Made by a program: the position numbers and the translations under genes. This document shows positions 1-14,100 of a stretch of 64,000 nucleotides of DNA, in pieces (positions within the stretch are counted from its first letter, which is position 1; each line of letters opens with the position of its first letter). This DNA comes from Macrostomum hystrix. Taxonomy: Eukaryota; Animalia; Platyhelminthes. The DNA is taken from NCBI GenBank assembly GCA_950097015.1, contig CATNEN010000031.1, forward strand, positions 2,170,001 to 2,234,000. Reading direction: 5' to 3'. Below the pieces are notes generated by a model. It did not search any database. It was given only the letters and a program-made list of their open reading frames with translations, and was not told where the DNA came from.

Positions 1-1410
1 TTGTATTCTAGAAACAAGCCTACTCCGTTGAATAAACTCGTTTTGCAGTTTTTAACAAAGTAGTCTTTTTAAAAATAGTGGTATTTCTTTTAGCAAAAGA
101 CCAGAAGCGTTGTTGCTTGATATTGTTAAAAAGTAATAAAAAAAGATATAGGCAAATTTTTTATGTGTGAAATTTGTTCTTTCTTACAATACAATACTGT
201 ATCGAATTTTTAATTCAAGAATTAAAGATTGCCTGAGCGGCTCGTCTCAGCTTTGGCTCTGCCAGCTTATCTGAGCCAAACTACATACTACTACTAATAA
301 TTCATTCGTGGCTCCGTGTAATTTAATATAATTTATCTAGTGTATAAATTAGTAGAATTAGTAATTAGTTCATTAATAATTAGTAGAGCCTGAACATGTA
401 ATTGCTTGCAGCAAAAAGTTAAAACTAGTCAAAACTAAAGTAAGTCAAGCATCAAAACATCAAATGCAAAATAAATTTTTTAATATAAAAAGACGGTATA
501 TATCATATAAAACAGAAGACAAATAAACATAAACAGAGCATAGACATAAGACAAACAAATTTAGAAGTATAGTTTAACCAATAGATTCTACTAGATTATT
601 CTTTTTATAGCAATTGATAGTTATGATAAGTTTTTTAAAAGAATTTCGAGTATGCAAAAAGTTTATATGTCATAATTTATCATTGCCATGCCTATCAGGA
701 TAAAAAGTACTTTTCATAGCTTATCTATTGCTTACAATGGATGCACATTTTATCTAGTTTATTCTAGATGTCTAATCTAGCTATTGTCCTTCAGTAGGAA
801 ACATGTTTAAAGAAGCTATAAAAACTATGCTAGTATCAAATTGAATTTTAAAACCTGTTTTAGGTTCCAATTTTTATAAATATATAAAGTTGATTAAAAG
901 TATAAAATAAATATCTAAAGAAAAATATAATTCCAAGTATCCGATGACTATGTCCGTGTTATAACTTATGTATAATATGTATAATGTTCAAAACTAAAAA
1001 ATAAGTACAATAAAAATTCAATTAGTCGGAAAGTAAAAAAATAATACATTTTCTTGTTTCATCTTAAGATAGTAATACTAATGATAATAATACTAAATTA
1101 CTAATAGCATAAGTAGCTATTTCTTTAATACATGCTAAATATTTCTTTTATGACAAAGCTATGATATGATGTATATATTATATTGGATTTAGATTGAATC
1201 ATTAATTAAATAAATTAAGCTGTATATGGGAAGAACCCTTTGAAAGAATGCAGTTTAAAGTTTTTACTAAATTAAGAGTTTTTGGAGCAATCTCACCCTA
1301 AACTTAATATTCATTTCAGCAAAAACCTATATTTCCCTAAATACACAAAAAACATAATTGAGGCCATCTCCCCCAGCTGATCCAAGAATCAAGATCCCAT
1401 CCACATCAAC

Positions 1411-4400
1411 ATGAAACTAAAGGCTCGTGCTTGCTTGCTTCTCATTTGCTGTGCCTGTTCCATCGCCATTCTCAGCCTTTTTCTGCTGCTGGCTATGACT
1501 GGCAGCTCTCCAGAAAACTGGCGGCATCAGCAGGCGCAGCCGATTCTTCGTCCACCATTGCCACGCGCCATTCTAGAAGCTGCCGGAGCTCGTCAGCGTC
1601 AGCAGCTTCAGTTGGGTATTGTTCTAGGCGTTGAGAATGACATTGCCGAGGTGCGTGACGAGCTGCTGCTAGGCAAGCCGCATGCCGGAGCCAATCACTC
1701 AGGCGGCGCTGTCGCCCATGGGACTGCCACGGCTGCCGTCGCTCCTGCCGCTGACCGTGCCGACGGCTTTGCCGTTCCTCCCCCTGTGGAAGTTCGCGCC
1801 CTGTGGGCTAATCTGCCATCCTCGCAGGGCAGGGAACACGGCGAAGGCGGCCGGGCAGTCAAAGTGGACAAGGAGAAACTGTCGGCTGTCGAAAAGAAAA
1901 AGGTTTGATGCTATTTCGACTGCCTTTTTTCGCACTGTCACTTTGGGTAAACCATTATGTAGGAAACCCTACCTCCTAAGGTAGATACACGATATAAATT
2001 TCGCAGGAGCACAGCCGGAACTATGGACAGTGTACAGCTGTTAAGTCCGTGGACAGCCCACCTAAAATTCTACCCTATCTGTCAGTGTCTAATGCTGATA
2101 CGCATTTTTTACTGTGTTGTGTCTTGGCATAATGGCCGACGGAGGGAGATGGGATTGGGTCCACCGCCCGAGACACCCAGGTCCCAGAACCAGAAGTTCG
2201 CAGAACCAACCACCCTGGGACTAGCGAGAGTTCACTCGTCTCAGGTCTTGACTTACTTGACTTAGCGGCAGGGAGCCTCCATGACGGACGCAGCGAGGAG
2301 GCGGCCGATGCCGCCCATATCGCTAACGCCTGGCAGCCAGACGGCCTCCAGCGAGGCGGTGCCGCTCAGGGTGGTCCGTCGGTCGATCCCGCCGCGCGAT
2401 CCTCCTCGCCATAGGCTGGGAAGAAATCAGCTCGGCCGGTATCCCGAAGGAAGTGGGCGAGCTGTGGAATGCTCTCGGGCGAGCAGGCTTCGACTAGGGT
2501 CGGCGCCGGCCCGAGATGTTTTAGCCTAGCCCGGGTGAAGGCCGGGCAGTGGCAAATGAAATGCTTGGCGCTTTCACGTCTGAAGCAGCAGAAGGGACAC
2601 GTTTCCACAGGCACGTGGCCTTGGAGGTAGCGATGTCTGGTGAAGCAGCCATGTCCCGAGAGGGCCATGGTGACTGCTCTCAGGTCTCTGCGATTTAGCC
2701 TGAGCAAGGCTTTACGCAGGTTACTAGAGGGGGTTGGCACCGCAGCCCTGGACTGGCGGCAGTTCAGGGTGCTAGACCACCTCCTCCGGTGTTGGGTCTC
2801 CATCCAGCGGTTGATGTTGGAGTTGACCACAGAAGCGGGGATCGGGGCCTCCGGGCCCGGGCCCATCAGGGAGCTGGCTGGACCAAGGCAGCGGACCTGC
2901 TTTTTCATGGCAATATTATTACCACAGAGAGTCAGAGGCTTAATGGTCCAGAGCAGTCTGCTGGTAAAAATAACCGCAACGGTCTTAGACTCAGAGAGTC
3001 GGAGCCCGCATTGGTCCGCCCTGTTGATAAAGTCCTGAATGAGGTCCCTGGTGGTTTCCGCCGAGGGGCCCGCGCAGATGGCGGTCACATCGTCGGCATA
3101 TCCCACCTTCAGGACCGGGTCAGGACGAGTGCTTTTCAGCAACTCATCCATGACGAGGTTCCACAGCAGTGGAGTAAGGACGCCGCCTTGGGGGCCTCCT
3201 TTTAGGACAGGTGCAGAGAGCGACCTGCCATCGAGGTGGGCCACCACGTGGCGATGCCGGATCATGTACATGACCCAGCGAACGAGGTGGGGATGAGTGG
3301 CCCTGGAAACTAGGGCCCTCTCAAAGGCTTCGAAGACAACGTTATCGAAGGCCCCCTCGATGTCGAGGAAGACGGCCAGAGCGAAACCACTGCCCAGCAC
3401 TGCCTTCTCGAGAATCTCCACGATGCAGTGGAGGGCGCTCTCCGTGGACCGGCCCGCCCGGAAGGCGTGCTGGTTTGGGGAGAGCGGAGCCCGCCCTAGC
3501 TCTAGAGTAAGAAGGCGCCAGAGCAGCAGTCTTTCGATGAGCTTGAGGCAGGTGATATCGGGCGATAAGACTTGACCGAGCGATAATCGCCTTTGGCGAG
3601 CTTCGGGATAAAGACGACCCGGGCTTCATGCCACAGCGCTGGCACATTAGCCCAGCACGATGCAGGCCCCGTAGAAGTCTGCAGAGGAGATGGAGGAAGC
3701 GGCCATTTTTGACCGCTTCATGCAGAAAGGCCGGATAGATACCGTCTGGCCCAGGTGTTTTATAAGGGTTGAATGACTTTGCCGCGCGAGCGATGCGGTC
3801 ATTCGTAACAAGTGACTGAGTGCGCCGGTACACTCGGGAAGAAGTGCCCTAGCATAAGCTCGAGCGTTTCCTCCGGGCGCTCCGTGATCGAGCCATCAGG
3901 CTTTTTGATCGACGAGAGCTTGGAGAAGCGGTCGTTGGTGAGCGCTTTTACCACGCGGGCCGTGGGCCGCGAGCCCTCAAGCCCTTCGCAGTATTGACGC
4001 CACTTGTCCGCTTTTGCCCTTCTGACCCGGCCCTTAAACTCGTGGATAGCGCGAGTATAGGCTTCTTTGTCGTCGGGGTCGTGCGAGATTTTCAGCTTCC
4101 TCTGGAGAGGTTCCACCAGGGGGCCGATTTTTTGCCTTTGTAGGCTTTGAGCGGGCAAGCCATTTCGTAGGCCTCTGTGATGGCGCCGCCCAGCAGGGCA
4201 GCCACTCCATCCAGGTCCTGCGTGGTTGCCATGGCCATGGAGGGGTCGGAGTCCCGAAGGCCCTCATGCAGCTTTACGCCTCCAAATAGGCTTTTGCTTC
4301 TTATCGGGAGTACCGATGTTGAAGCGGATAAAACGGTGGTCCGAGAGTGAGCTTTCGGTCTCCCACACCTAGGCCAGGGTTGAGGCGTAAGCCTCTTACA

Positions 4401-7400
4401 AACCCTGACCGGCACGGGCAGGCACGGGCGCAGGAAGGGGCAGACATAAACACGGGTCACACACAGAGCAGGGCAAAGTGCATATGCACGGCACAACAAC
4501 TGGATGAACTGAAGCACTTAGAAAATAGAAGATGTCTTGCTTTAAGGACGCTAATTCTCTTCTTTTCGCTACGGTTCGAACTTCTGACCTTTCTGGGCGA
4601 GAATTCCGAAGCTATAAACAGTATGCTACAAGCTTCTCAGTAAACCCTTCTGTAAGTTAATCTTCTTCAAGTGAACCTAAGTTATATGACTAATTATTTA
4701 AACAAACATTTTGGCTTCACAGGTGGAAGAGGGCTGGCAGAAGAATGCCTTCAACCAGTACGTCAGCGACATGATCTCTGTGGATCGTGACGTCGGCGAC
4801 AATCGCGACCCCCAGTGCAAATCGGCCGTCTATCCTGGCACGCTGCCGGATACCTCCGTCATCATCTGCTTTCACAACGAGGCCTGGTCCGTACTGCTTC
4901 GCACTGTGCACTCCGTTATTAACAAGTCGCCAGCTAAACTGCTGCGAGAGATCATTTTGGTTGACGACGCTTCTGAGCATGACTATCTCAAAAGGCCGCT
5001 TGAAGAGTACATGAAGTGAGCGACTAGTTGGTCGGAAATTGTTGCCGTTTCTGTATGCCCTGTCTTCTTCTCCTGGTTCACATGTATTCCATTTGTGAAT
5101 CCCTGGTCCTCTTTAACTAACTTTCCAGTCTACCTTGCCTACCTTTCCAGTCTACCTTGCCTACCTTTCCAGTCTACCTTGCCTACCTTTCCAGTCTACT
5201 TTGCCTACCTTTCCGTTCTTAATTTATTTTCGACAATCCACATGGATGAACTTTGCTACCCCTAACAACCAGGTACTATTCACCCAAGGTCCGCATTTTG
5301 CGTGCCGCCAAGCGCGAAGGCCTGATCAGGGCCCGCCTCATGGGGGCTCGCAAAGCCGAAGGCGCTGTGCTCACTTTCCTCGACTCGCACTGCGAATGCG
5401 TCACGGGCTGGCTGGAGCCATTGTTGCACCGCGTTGCACAGAATTGGACACGCGTGGTGACACCAGCCATTGAGGTGCGCGGCCGCTGATTGATTAATAT
5501 GGGATCAGATTGGCGGGATAGGAGCGAAATGCCTTTTTTGAGGTCAAATTCGATTTTTAAAATGAATAGATCAAACTATAGACCTTTTGGAATCTAAATC
5601 TCGACTTTATTTAATCTAAATTTAAGTAAATTCGTGCCTCGACTAATACTATCTAGATCTAAAAATTTTGGAATTTATATCTCGACCTCTTTGGGATTTA
5701 TATCTCGACCTCTTTGGGATTTATATCTCGACCTCTTTGGGATTTATGTCTCGACCTCTTTGGGATTTATATCTCGACCTCTTTGGGATTTATATCTCGA
5801 CGTTTTTGGGATTTATATCTCGACCTCTTTGGGATTTATATCTCGACCTCTTTGGGATTTATATCTCGACCTCTTTGGGATTTATATCTCGACCTCTCTG
5901 GGATTTATATCTCGACCTCTTTGGGATTTATATCTCGACCTCTTTGGGATTTATGTCTCGACCTCTTTGGGATTTATATCTCGACCTCTTTGGGATTTAT
6001 ATCTCGACGTTTTTGGGATTTATATCTCGACCTCTTTGGGATTTATATCTCGACCTCTTTGGGATTTATATCTCGACCTCTTTGGGATTTATATCTCGAC
6101 CTCTTTGGGATTTATATCTCGACCTCTTTGGGATTTATGTCTCGACCTCTTTGGGATTTATATCTCGACCTCTTTGGGATTTATATCTCGACCTCTTTGG
6201 GATCTATGTCTCGAACTTTTTGACATTCATATCTCGACTATTTCGGTTGGTTGAAATCAGATGTTATGAAGCGCCAAATGTATCTTTAATCCCCAAAAAC
6301 CTGTATTCCACCAACGCGAACAGGTTATCAACGATGATACCTTCGCCATGTTCTCTGCCAGCAACCTGGACGGCATCAGTGTTGGCGGCTTTGACTGGAA
6401 TCTGCAGTTCAATTGGCACGTGTTGCCTGACCGCGTCCGTAGCCAGCGCTCCAGCCGCATCGACCCGGTGCCCAGTCCCACAATGGCGGGCGGCCTCTTT
6501 TCCATAGACAAAAGATACTTTGCCTACCTGGGCAGCTACGATCCCGGCTTCGATATCTGGGGCGGTGAGAATCTGGAGATTAGCTTCAAAATCTGGATGT
6601 GCGGCGGCACGCTGGAAATTGTGCCGTGTTCTACTGTTGGCCACGTCTTTCGGCAGCGATCGCCCTATTCCTGGGGCTCGGGCAAAAATGTGCTTAAGAA
6701 GAACTCTGTGCGATTGGCCGAGGTCTGGATGGACGATTACGGCAAGCTGTACTATGAGCGGGTTGGCGGCAAGGTGAGTGCTGGGGAGAGAGTGGGATAA
6801 TATATTAGATTCTATGGGATGATCTAGATTTAGATCGGTGGGCAAAAGGATGTTTGGGAGAATAGATGGGTTGGAGAATAGATGTGTGGGAGAATGGATG
6901 GGTGGGAGAATAGATGGGTGGGAGAATGGATGGGAGAATGGATGGGTGGGAGAATAGATGTGTGGGAGAATAGATGTGTGGGAGAATAGATGGGTGGGAG
7001 AATAGATGGGTGGAGAATGGATGGGTGGTAGAATAGATGGGTGGGAGAATAGATGGGTGGTAGAATAGATGGGTGGGAGAATAGATGGGTGGGAGAATAG
7101 ATGTGTGGGAGAATAGATGTGTGGGAGAATAGATGGGTGGGAGAATAGATGGGTGGAGAATAGATGGGTGGTAGAATAGATGGGTGGTAGAATAGATGGT
7201 GGTAGAATAGACGGGTAAGATAATTAATGGGTGGGAGAATTGATAGATAGGAGAATTAATGGGTGAAAGAATCGATGATATTTATTGAGCCAATTTCAGC
7301 TGGGGATTTGAACTGTCTGTCATAACAGTTTGGGAATTTGAATTGTCTGTCATCCCAGTTTGGTGTATTAAGCTGTCTATTATCCCATTTTGGAGATATC

Positions 7401-7992
7401 CATGGTCTACCATTCTCACTTGATAGTCCAGACATGCAGAGCTAGTTTCCCAGAGTAAGAAGCCAATAAGCAGATTTCTGATTTCTTTCAGGGCGAATTC
7501 GGCGACGTATCCGAGCGCAAGGCGCTCCGTCAGCGCCTCGGCTGCCGCACCTTTCAGTGGTACCTGGACACCGTCTACCCGGAGCTGTTCCTGCCGCGCC
7601 ACGCTCTGGCCAAAGGCGCAATCCAGAGCGCTGCCGGGCCCTACTGCCTGGACGCGCCCGTCAGTAGCCGCGAGAACGGCAAGACGGCCGTGCGGCTCTG
7701 GCAGTGCCACAACCAGGGCGGCAACCAGTTCTGGATGCTTTCAAAGCAGGGCGAAATTCGCCGTGACGAAGGCTGCATAGACTATCCCGGCACCGGGGTC
7801 ATTGTGTTCGGCTGCCACGGCGGGCGCGGCAATCAGGAGTGGCAATACAGACCAGACGGCACCATTTATCACGTGCTGCGTCGGATGTGCCTAGAAGCTG
7901 CGGCTGACAATGCCGGCCTGCTGGTGACCGCCTGCAAGCCTAGCAACCCGCGACAGCAGTGGAAGTGGCAGCGCCAAGCTGCTCAGGTCTGA
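1411..7992 (+). CDS. GALNT: Polypeptide N-acetylgalactosaminyltransferase, 5 exons: 1411-1902, 4723-5015, 5273-5474, 6324-6773, 7492-7992 (645 aa)
   Basis: N-terminal signal anchor, [22 protein letters not shown] (DxH), WGGENLE and a C-terminal ricin-B lectin with QxW repeats. All four introns are GT-AG with compatible phases; total 1938 nt is one open frame. Confidence 0.95.
1990..2110 (-). mobile_element. SINE family A, partial 3' body
   Basis: Reverse complement resembles the cagcatta...tagggtagaatt...gtccatggac body of the copy at 17.6 kb. Confidence 0.55.
2247..4370 (-). mobile_element. 5'-truncated, internally deleted copy of the Loa/R1-like LINE, antisense in GALNT intron 1
   Basis: Matches about 52756-55961 of the intact copy with the same TAAGTCAAG x2 tail. 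Six deletions including about 960 bp removing RNase H, plus frameshifts. No TSD found. Confidence 0.95.
5121..5215 (+). repeat. 22-bp minisatellite (ctttccagtctaccttgcctac), about 4.5 units, GALNT intron 2
   Basis: Direct tandem repeat read from sequence. Confidence 0.9.
5668..6235 (+). repeat. 23-bp minisatellite (atttatatctcgacctctttggg), about 25 units, GALNT intron 3
   Basis: Tandem repeat; explains the three overlapping repetitive ORFs. Confidence 0.95.
6845..7265 (+). repeat. About 16-bp purine-rich minisatellite (gggagaatagatgggt), GALNT intron 4
   Basis: Tandem repeat with degenerate ends. Confidence 0.9.
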
Positions 7993-10900
7993 CAAGTCCA
8001 GCATTGTCAAATGTTTGGTTGACAATTTTCGAATCGGCGCACTGTCAGATTATCTGACTGTTCATTAGTCAGATTGTCAATCTGTCAGACTCAAATGGTT
8101 CTACTGTTTTCAAACTGTTAGGTAAGCATTTATGTAGCTTGTCTCACTTAGTGCTTCAGCTAGATGTAAGCTATTAGTTGACGCAATTACATAAGCTATC
8201 TTTCAATGTCGTTCTAGCTCATAAACTAAATGTACGCTCATAAATGAGCTAGCGTATTTGTTTTAATGTTAAGAGTTTTGCATTAGGTTTTTGATTGTTA
8301 TACAGCTACTTTGTTCTACAGCTGTATAAAGACAATGAAAATGTATAAATAAGTTAGATAAATAGATAATTTTCCTCTTTTCTATCGTTAGTTAAGCTTA
8401 TCTGAGCAGCTGAACTTCGCATTAAACTTATAATATCATATGTTCAGCTGTGCTCTGCGTGCTCTACAGGTAATAATTTACACCTGCTGCACCGCTTGCT
8501 GAAAATCCAATGTTGCTTTCTCTTTTTGTTGGAAGCAAAAAGTTAGTTGGTTTTCTCTCTGTCTAGCTCATATAAATCTCACACATTAATGATTGTATAA
8601 AACTACAGTTCAGTGAGTAGTATATACGCACATTTTCATTGGTTGGTGCATCCGTCATTGTTGATAAAGGTCACACAGACAGTCAGTCCGCTCTCGTATC
8701 AAAAAGTTAGTTGTGCTTGTTAGGGTTTGGCAACAAAACTTTATTAAAAATTTACAAAACTTGCTCTACCTTGTCTCATCACTCACCTGTCTTTTCAGAT
8801 TTTTCCTGATCTATCCCGTCTCTTTTTTAACGTGTCTCATCTCTTCTATGTTCTGTGTTAAAAACGCGATATATCTAAAGTTGCCGACGCTTGTGTTAGA
8901 GGGCGCCAGTTTCCAGAGATGCCACAAGTTTTGTAATCGCCGATCTCTCTCTTTTGGCCGTGCCTTTTAAGTTCCAGTTTTTGTTATAATTGCTTTTTTC
9001 CTACACATATTTTTGTTAGTACTGATTTTGGTTGTAAACTCAAATAAAAGCTGACTACGTTTAACAATTTGTACACACCTTATTAAGTGTGCATCGAGGC
9101 CAAAGTTGTTCAAATTGACTTAGACCAACCGCGTAAAAAAGAATCTGAGACAGAAATTCTCCATAAATTAGCTTATGCTTTTTCTATTCATTTTTTCTAA
9201 TCCGCCCTATTTTTTACGTTTATTGTTAGATAACATTTTCACCTAGATACCCAAAAGCATTCAATTATAATGTTTGTGTGTCTGTTAGTGGCTTAAATTT
9301 CCCACAATTGTTCATCTTATAACTCAATTTTTGCTTCACATCGTACTTTATAGGCCACATTATAAAGTGGGGCAGACACACGGGTCGTGTCGTGTAAATA
9401 ATTTAATTACGTGTCCAGATTAAAAAAGCTAAAAAAACAGAAAAATTAACAATTAAACAGAACAAAAACAGAACAGTTGGGAGAGGGAGGCAGAGAAAAA
9501 AGCAATAGAACTGTTTTATGCTTTCTTTGACAGAAATTGACAAGAGAGGAAATCGGCCTGTGGCGCCCGCCACAAAGCTCGTACAAAGGGTGACACAAGC
9601 AAAAGCGTGCGCTGCGTATCCCGCATAGCAACCGAGATTTTTTCTATCCAACGCTGAGCAAACCACAGTTGTAAAGTGGGTACGGCGAAAAATAGTTGCA
9701 CTACCCGTCTGTTAATATTTTAATAAACTATTTCTTAATAAAAATATCATAGCGATAGAAGCGCGAGTATTGAAGCGCAGTGGAGGAAACGCGAATATAG
9801 CCAATAAAATTATGCACTATTGCTTATTTTGTTCTTAATAAATAAATTTCACCAGAAAAAAAACTGATTTGTACGTTTGTTTGAGGGGAAACACTGAAAA
9901 TTTGTGAAAAATAACAACTTGGCTGCAAATAGAGCATTGAAGCTATAGTAAATCATTTTTAAAATTGTGAATTAGCAAGGAATGTCAGGCCGCCCACAGT
10001 GTTCGCTGCTATATATATTAAGCTAATTTAGTATTCTACTTTTACTACTGATAGTAATATAGCTAGGAGTAAGACAGTTTAAATAGCATAAATTTTAAAT
10101 TAAATAGTTCAAAGTGTGCAGTGGGCAGAGTAAAGAAAAACAGAACAGACTGAACGCATACGGAAATGTAGCCATATATATAAAGAGAAAAACACTTACT
10201 AAACAAGCTTAAAGTGTGTTCTATTATTCATAAACATATGGATATTTATATAGGCAGTACAAATTTGAACGAGAAACAAAATAATAGTTAATAAAGGGAG
10301 AGGGAACAAATTCGGCCAGCAACTTGTTCGCAAACATTATATACTACTTGCAGTGGCAGATTAGCGAACTAATTCCTCATTTATTTATGCCTAGATAGAA
10401 GGTTAACGAGAAATTTTAAGCATGCTACACCTGGGTCACGGTACACAGAGAAAAAGTAAAATGTCAGAAATTTATAGACAAATAGCAGCGAGGAAAATAT
10501 GACATTATTATCATAATAAGTTGTATAAACTATCCCATTATCTTTTACTCTGATTTAGCAAACTCTTCTGCTAATTAAAATATGCCGAATCACTTAAACT
10601 GCCGTCAACATAAAACCTAATTGAAAAATTAGCTTTCAATACAGATGGTGTTAGCGACATGGGGGTGGGATGTGGGGCAGGGTAGCTTGGTGTGTCTGTC
10701 ATCGCAGGCAGGCTGTTGTCTAGAGCCGCAATTCGGTGATCCCAGGCCTCACTTGGTAGTCATCATAGTGACGAACTCTGCAATGAGGAGGGTGGGTGGC
10801 TTGTCAGCTAAATTTATTCAAATCTATTAGATCTGTTAAATAGAGAGGAGCAAATATGCATTGAAAAGTACTACATAAAAACTGTTAAATTAAAAGCACT

Positions 10901-11084
10901 GCACCTTCAGTTACGATTTAGAGAAAAATATATAACTCTACGAGACTACGTAGGCTTCATTTTGCAAACTGATTGACCCAATGAGCAAGCTATTTAATCC
11001 TTCAAGGGGGAGAATTATTTCTAATCAGATAATTAAATTTATATCTAACAAAATTAAGTAAAATACTTTATACAATACTCAATG

Positions 11085-11165
11085 GTGCTTGTAGACCAGA
11101 GCTTCGGAATTCTGACCTAGAGGTCGGGATTTCGAATCTCAGCCCGAGGGACCCCATTTTTTCTA
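11085..11165 (+). mobile_element. Degenerate tRNA-like SINE head
   Basis: B-box-like gatttcgaatc followed by tcagccc, as in the 17.5 kb SINE head; no intact cloverleaf. Confidence 0.45.
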
Positions 11166-14100
11166 TTGTGGCACGATTGTTAAGTGATTAAAGACTAGTT
11201 GTTCACGATAGTCTATGGCCTAAATGGGTATAGGGAGGAGGCCCGATTGCCAAGTTCAGTTAGTATGAATAAATTGTATCCAAGCTGACATTTTAGCAAA
11301 TATGGAAATAATGAACAACTGCCAGAATTTCGACCAGCAAAATTCGCGACGCACGCGTGGAGGCAGACAATTACATAGACAATGGACAAGAAAATGCATA
11401 AAGAGAGGAAAATTAACATATTTTTTTTCGAGGAAATTATTATTATTATCAGTTCAACTAATACAAAAAAGCGAATAAAACAAGACGCACTCTGTTAAAG
11501 TAAGACAGTTTATATTGGAATAAGTAAAGTTAGGAAAACTAGAGCGCAGTCGGCAGACAAATTTAAAATGTAGGAAAGGAGATACTAACATGAATATGGA
11601 GCCTGAGCGGCTTTGAAAAGCATCAGGCTGAATAGAAATGCCGACTAAGCTTTCGCATCACATCGACATGATCAGATCTATAAGCCAGCGCTCTTCAATG
11701 CGCCATTTCTCCCCCCTCCCTCCCCATCCTATCTGCTCATACGCTCGTACTAGTCGTTTAGACAAGCGGCCCAAGGCCAGACTGAAATCTCATTTCGGCG
11801 GTGGGTGGGGGGGACTGGAGATGACATGCAAATTTGCCATCATTTCAATCATTGGGGAAAAGGGGCCCAGGAACAGAGTGCCAGACAAGCGAGAGCCGAG
11901 AGACTGGCTGTTAAGCATCGGCGATGTGGCATGTGACACGGGGCACAGGAAAGAAATGAGGATTATAGACGGACCACAAAAACCAGAACAGGGAGAGGGG
12001 CGGAAAGAGGCTGGAGATTTGAGTCGGGCTAGGCCTCAAAAGTGCAAACGCGCGTGCAGCAGCTTCGCCATGCCCCTTCATCTGGGATAGAAGGGCACGG
12101 AAAATAAGGAGAAGAGTCACATGCAGGAAGGGCTAATTCTATTTTTCCCATTGCTAGTCCTTGGCTCCATTACCCATCCCTTTCGAGCGATAACCTCCAA
12201 AGACTGACTGACTGACTGCGGCAGCCATCCCACTTTTTCAAATCTTCCTTCATCCCTGCATTTCCCATCCTATATTCCCAATTTCCATCTCATATTGGAG
12301 AGCAATTCAATTCACGAGGATCTTTCTGGAATGGCCAATAAAATCCACAGTGCATAGTCAGTATAGCCTGCATATCTAGACTAGTCTAGTTAAAAAGGCA
12401 TAGAGAGTTCAGTTTGTGTACTCACATCTCTCCCTAGCAAGCAATTAACTGACTATAGCCAGCATAACAGCAGCTGAGCATTATCGATTAGTTCTCTGCT
12501 TGCCATACAAGAACACCAGCATTAAGCAAGAGAAACAATCTGTCATACTTATAGCTTTTTCCCAATTCCGAGAGAAAAGTTTGCCACTTCGCCAGTGAAC
12601 GGGGGGTAGATAAAACGATTAGGGGAGGGTGAGAGAGCAGGAATGAACGATCGAACTACTAGAACGCGCTGGTCGATTTGAGCCATTGGGAGTGGAGCGA
12701 GACTAGGGAGAAGAAAAGTACAACGAACTAGAAGAGCAGTTTTCATGTGTTAAGCTATAGCCAACCGAAATCACAGAAATCACGAAATCTTGCTTAATAT
12801 TGTCTAGCTAAACTCCAATCGCAGAAATCAAGTAAACACGGTAAGAAAGTGTTGATTTGCGCACCGTTGCACTACACTGCCTATCGTTCTCTCTTTGGAA
12901 CACACGAGCCGCGCGCCAAGTGGAAGTCTCCAACAATTGCCCCTTGACAACAGAGTATATATTGCAGGGGGTAAGAGAAGAGGCAAGAAAGCCAAGCTGC
13001 ATGAGCTGCTGGTTCTGTTGGCAAAGCTAATATTGAACTGGCCTTTTCAGTTCATGCTATATATGAAGAATGAGAATCGGTTGTCAACGCGCCTGCATAT
13101 TATGCACTAGCCACCATCTGTTTTGCATCCTAAACAAGGGACAATTTGCATCTACAAGGGTAGTACTGTAGGTTTTTTCCGCTAAAAGCTTCACCACACC
13201 AGCTCTTCCACCTAACCAGGCATGACTGCACTCAAGCTGAGGCCATTCCAAAAAACTCATCGCCCATCTGCCACTGCTTCTACACAAATTGCGAGCCTCA
13301 TGCCTTCCCACCCACTACCCCATCCAATGCCCACATTAAATATTTACCCACCAGTCCGATGGCCAACCCCCTCCTTCCTCCTCATCCTAGCTCCGTAGGG
13401 ACCCGGCCTGACTTTTTCATTAAGCCTCCTAGGAGAATGTAAATGACAGTGATGCACTTGGAGAGATGGAACATTCAATATTATCCTGACCTCTTTATCC
13501 CATAGCTACACAGAGCCGATCTGTTGCCGATAAAAAATACTGTTGGCCCTGACACTGCTAGCTCAACTAGGACCACGCAGCTGTCTGATTTGCACTTTAC
13601 CATGCCAGGCTTAGGAGAGATGCCTTTACTTAACCAGACTTTACAAGCGATGGCAAAAAATCATTTCCGGCCATCAAATCTGATAAGGGTGAGGCTGTGG
13701 CGTGCCATTAAACAAAAATTGCGATACCGAATAGATACATAGACATTGCGGAGAAGACGACAAGCAGGGAAGAGGGCTGTAAAGATGGCTGGCCATGTCG
13801 ATTGTAGCGAAGGACAGAGAGAGAGAAAGAGATAGGATGCGTTCCCCCCAAGGGAGTGGGTAGAGGACGAGGCCGGGCAGTCCTAGAAAGGCCGTATTAT
13901 ATTAGCTAGCAGGCTATGGGTTGATGCACTGGCGGCGGCAACCCGACACCGCGTGCGCCTGTCTGAGCGGCCCAGCCGCTTCGGGTGACAGCGGCTTCGG
14001 GTTTAGCCTGGCTGCCTCATCTAACCTCCCAGCCCGTCAAGGACAGGGCGCCATGACAACGCATTTGTATCTGCCTCTTCTTCCCCCCTTCAAGCCCTTA

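Noticed and set aside
2119-2240. Second HDV-like arrangement next to the defective LINE (P1 GTGTCTT/GAGACAC, P3 GGG/CCC, 8-bp P4-like stem)
   Set aside because: P1.1 cannot form (CC faces CC), L3 lacks the conserved G, J4/2 is CGAG rather than CNRA, and P2 is weak. At best a decayed relic.
5634-6507. Long repetitive ORFs here and at 29155-29564, 30122-30512, 35112-35606, 35846-37343 and 56419-57060
   Set aside because: They are translations of stop-free tandem repeats, often open in several frames, and mostly lie in introns.
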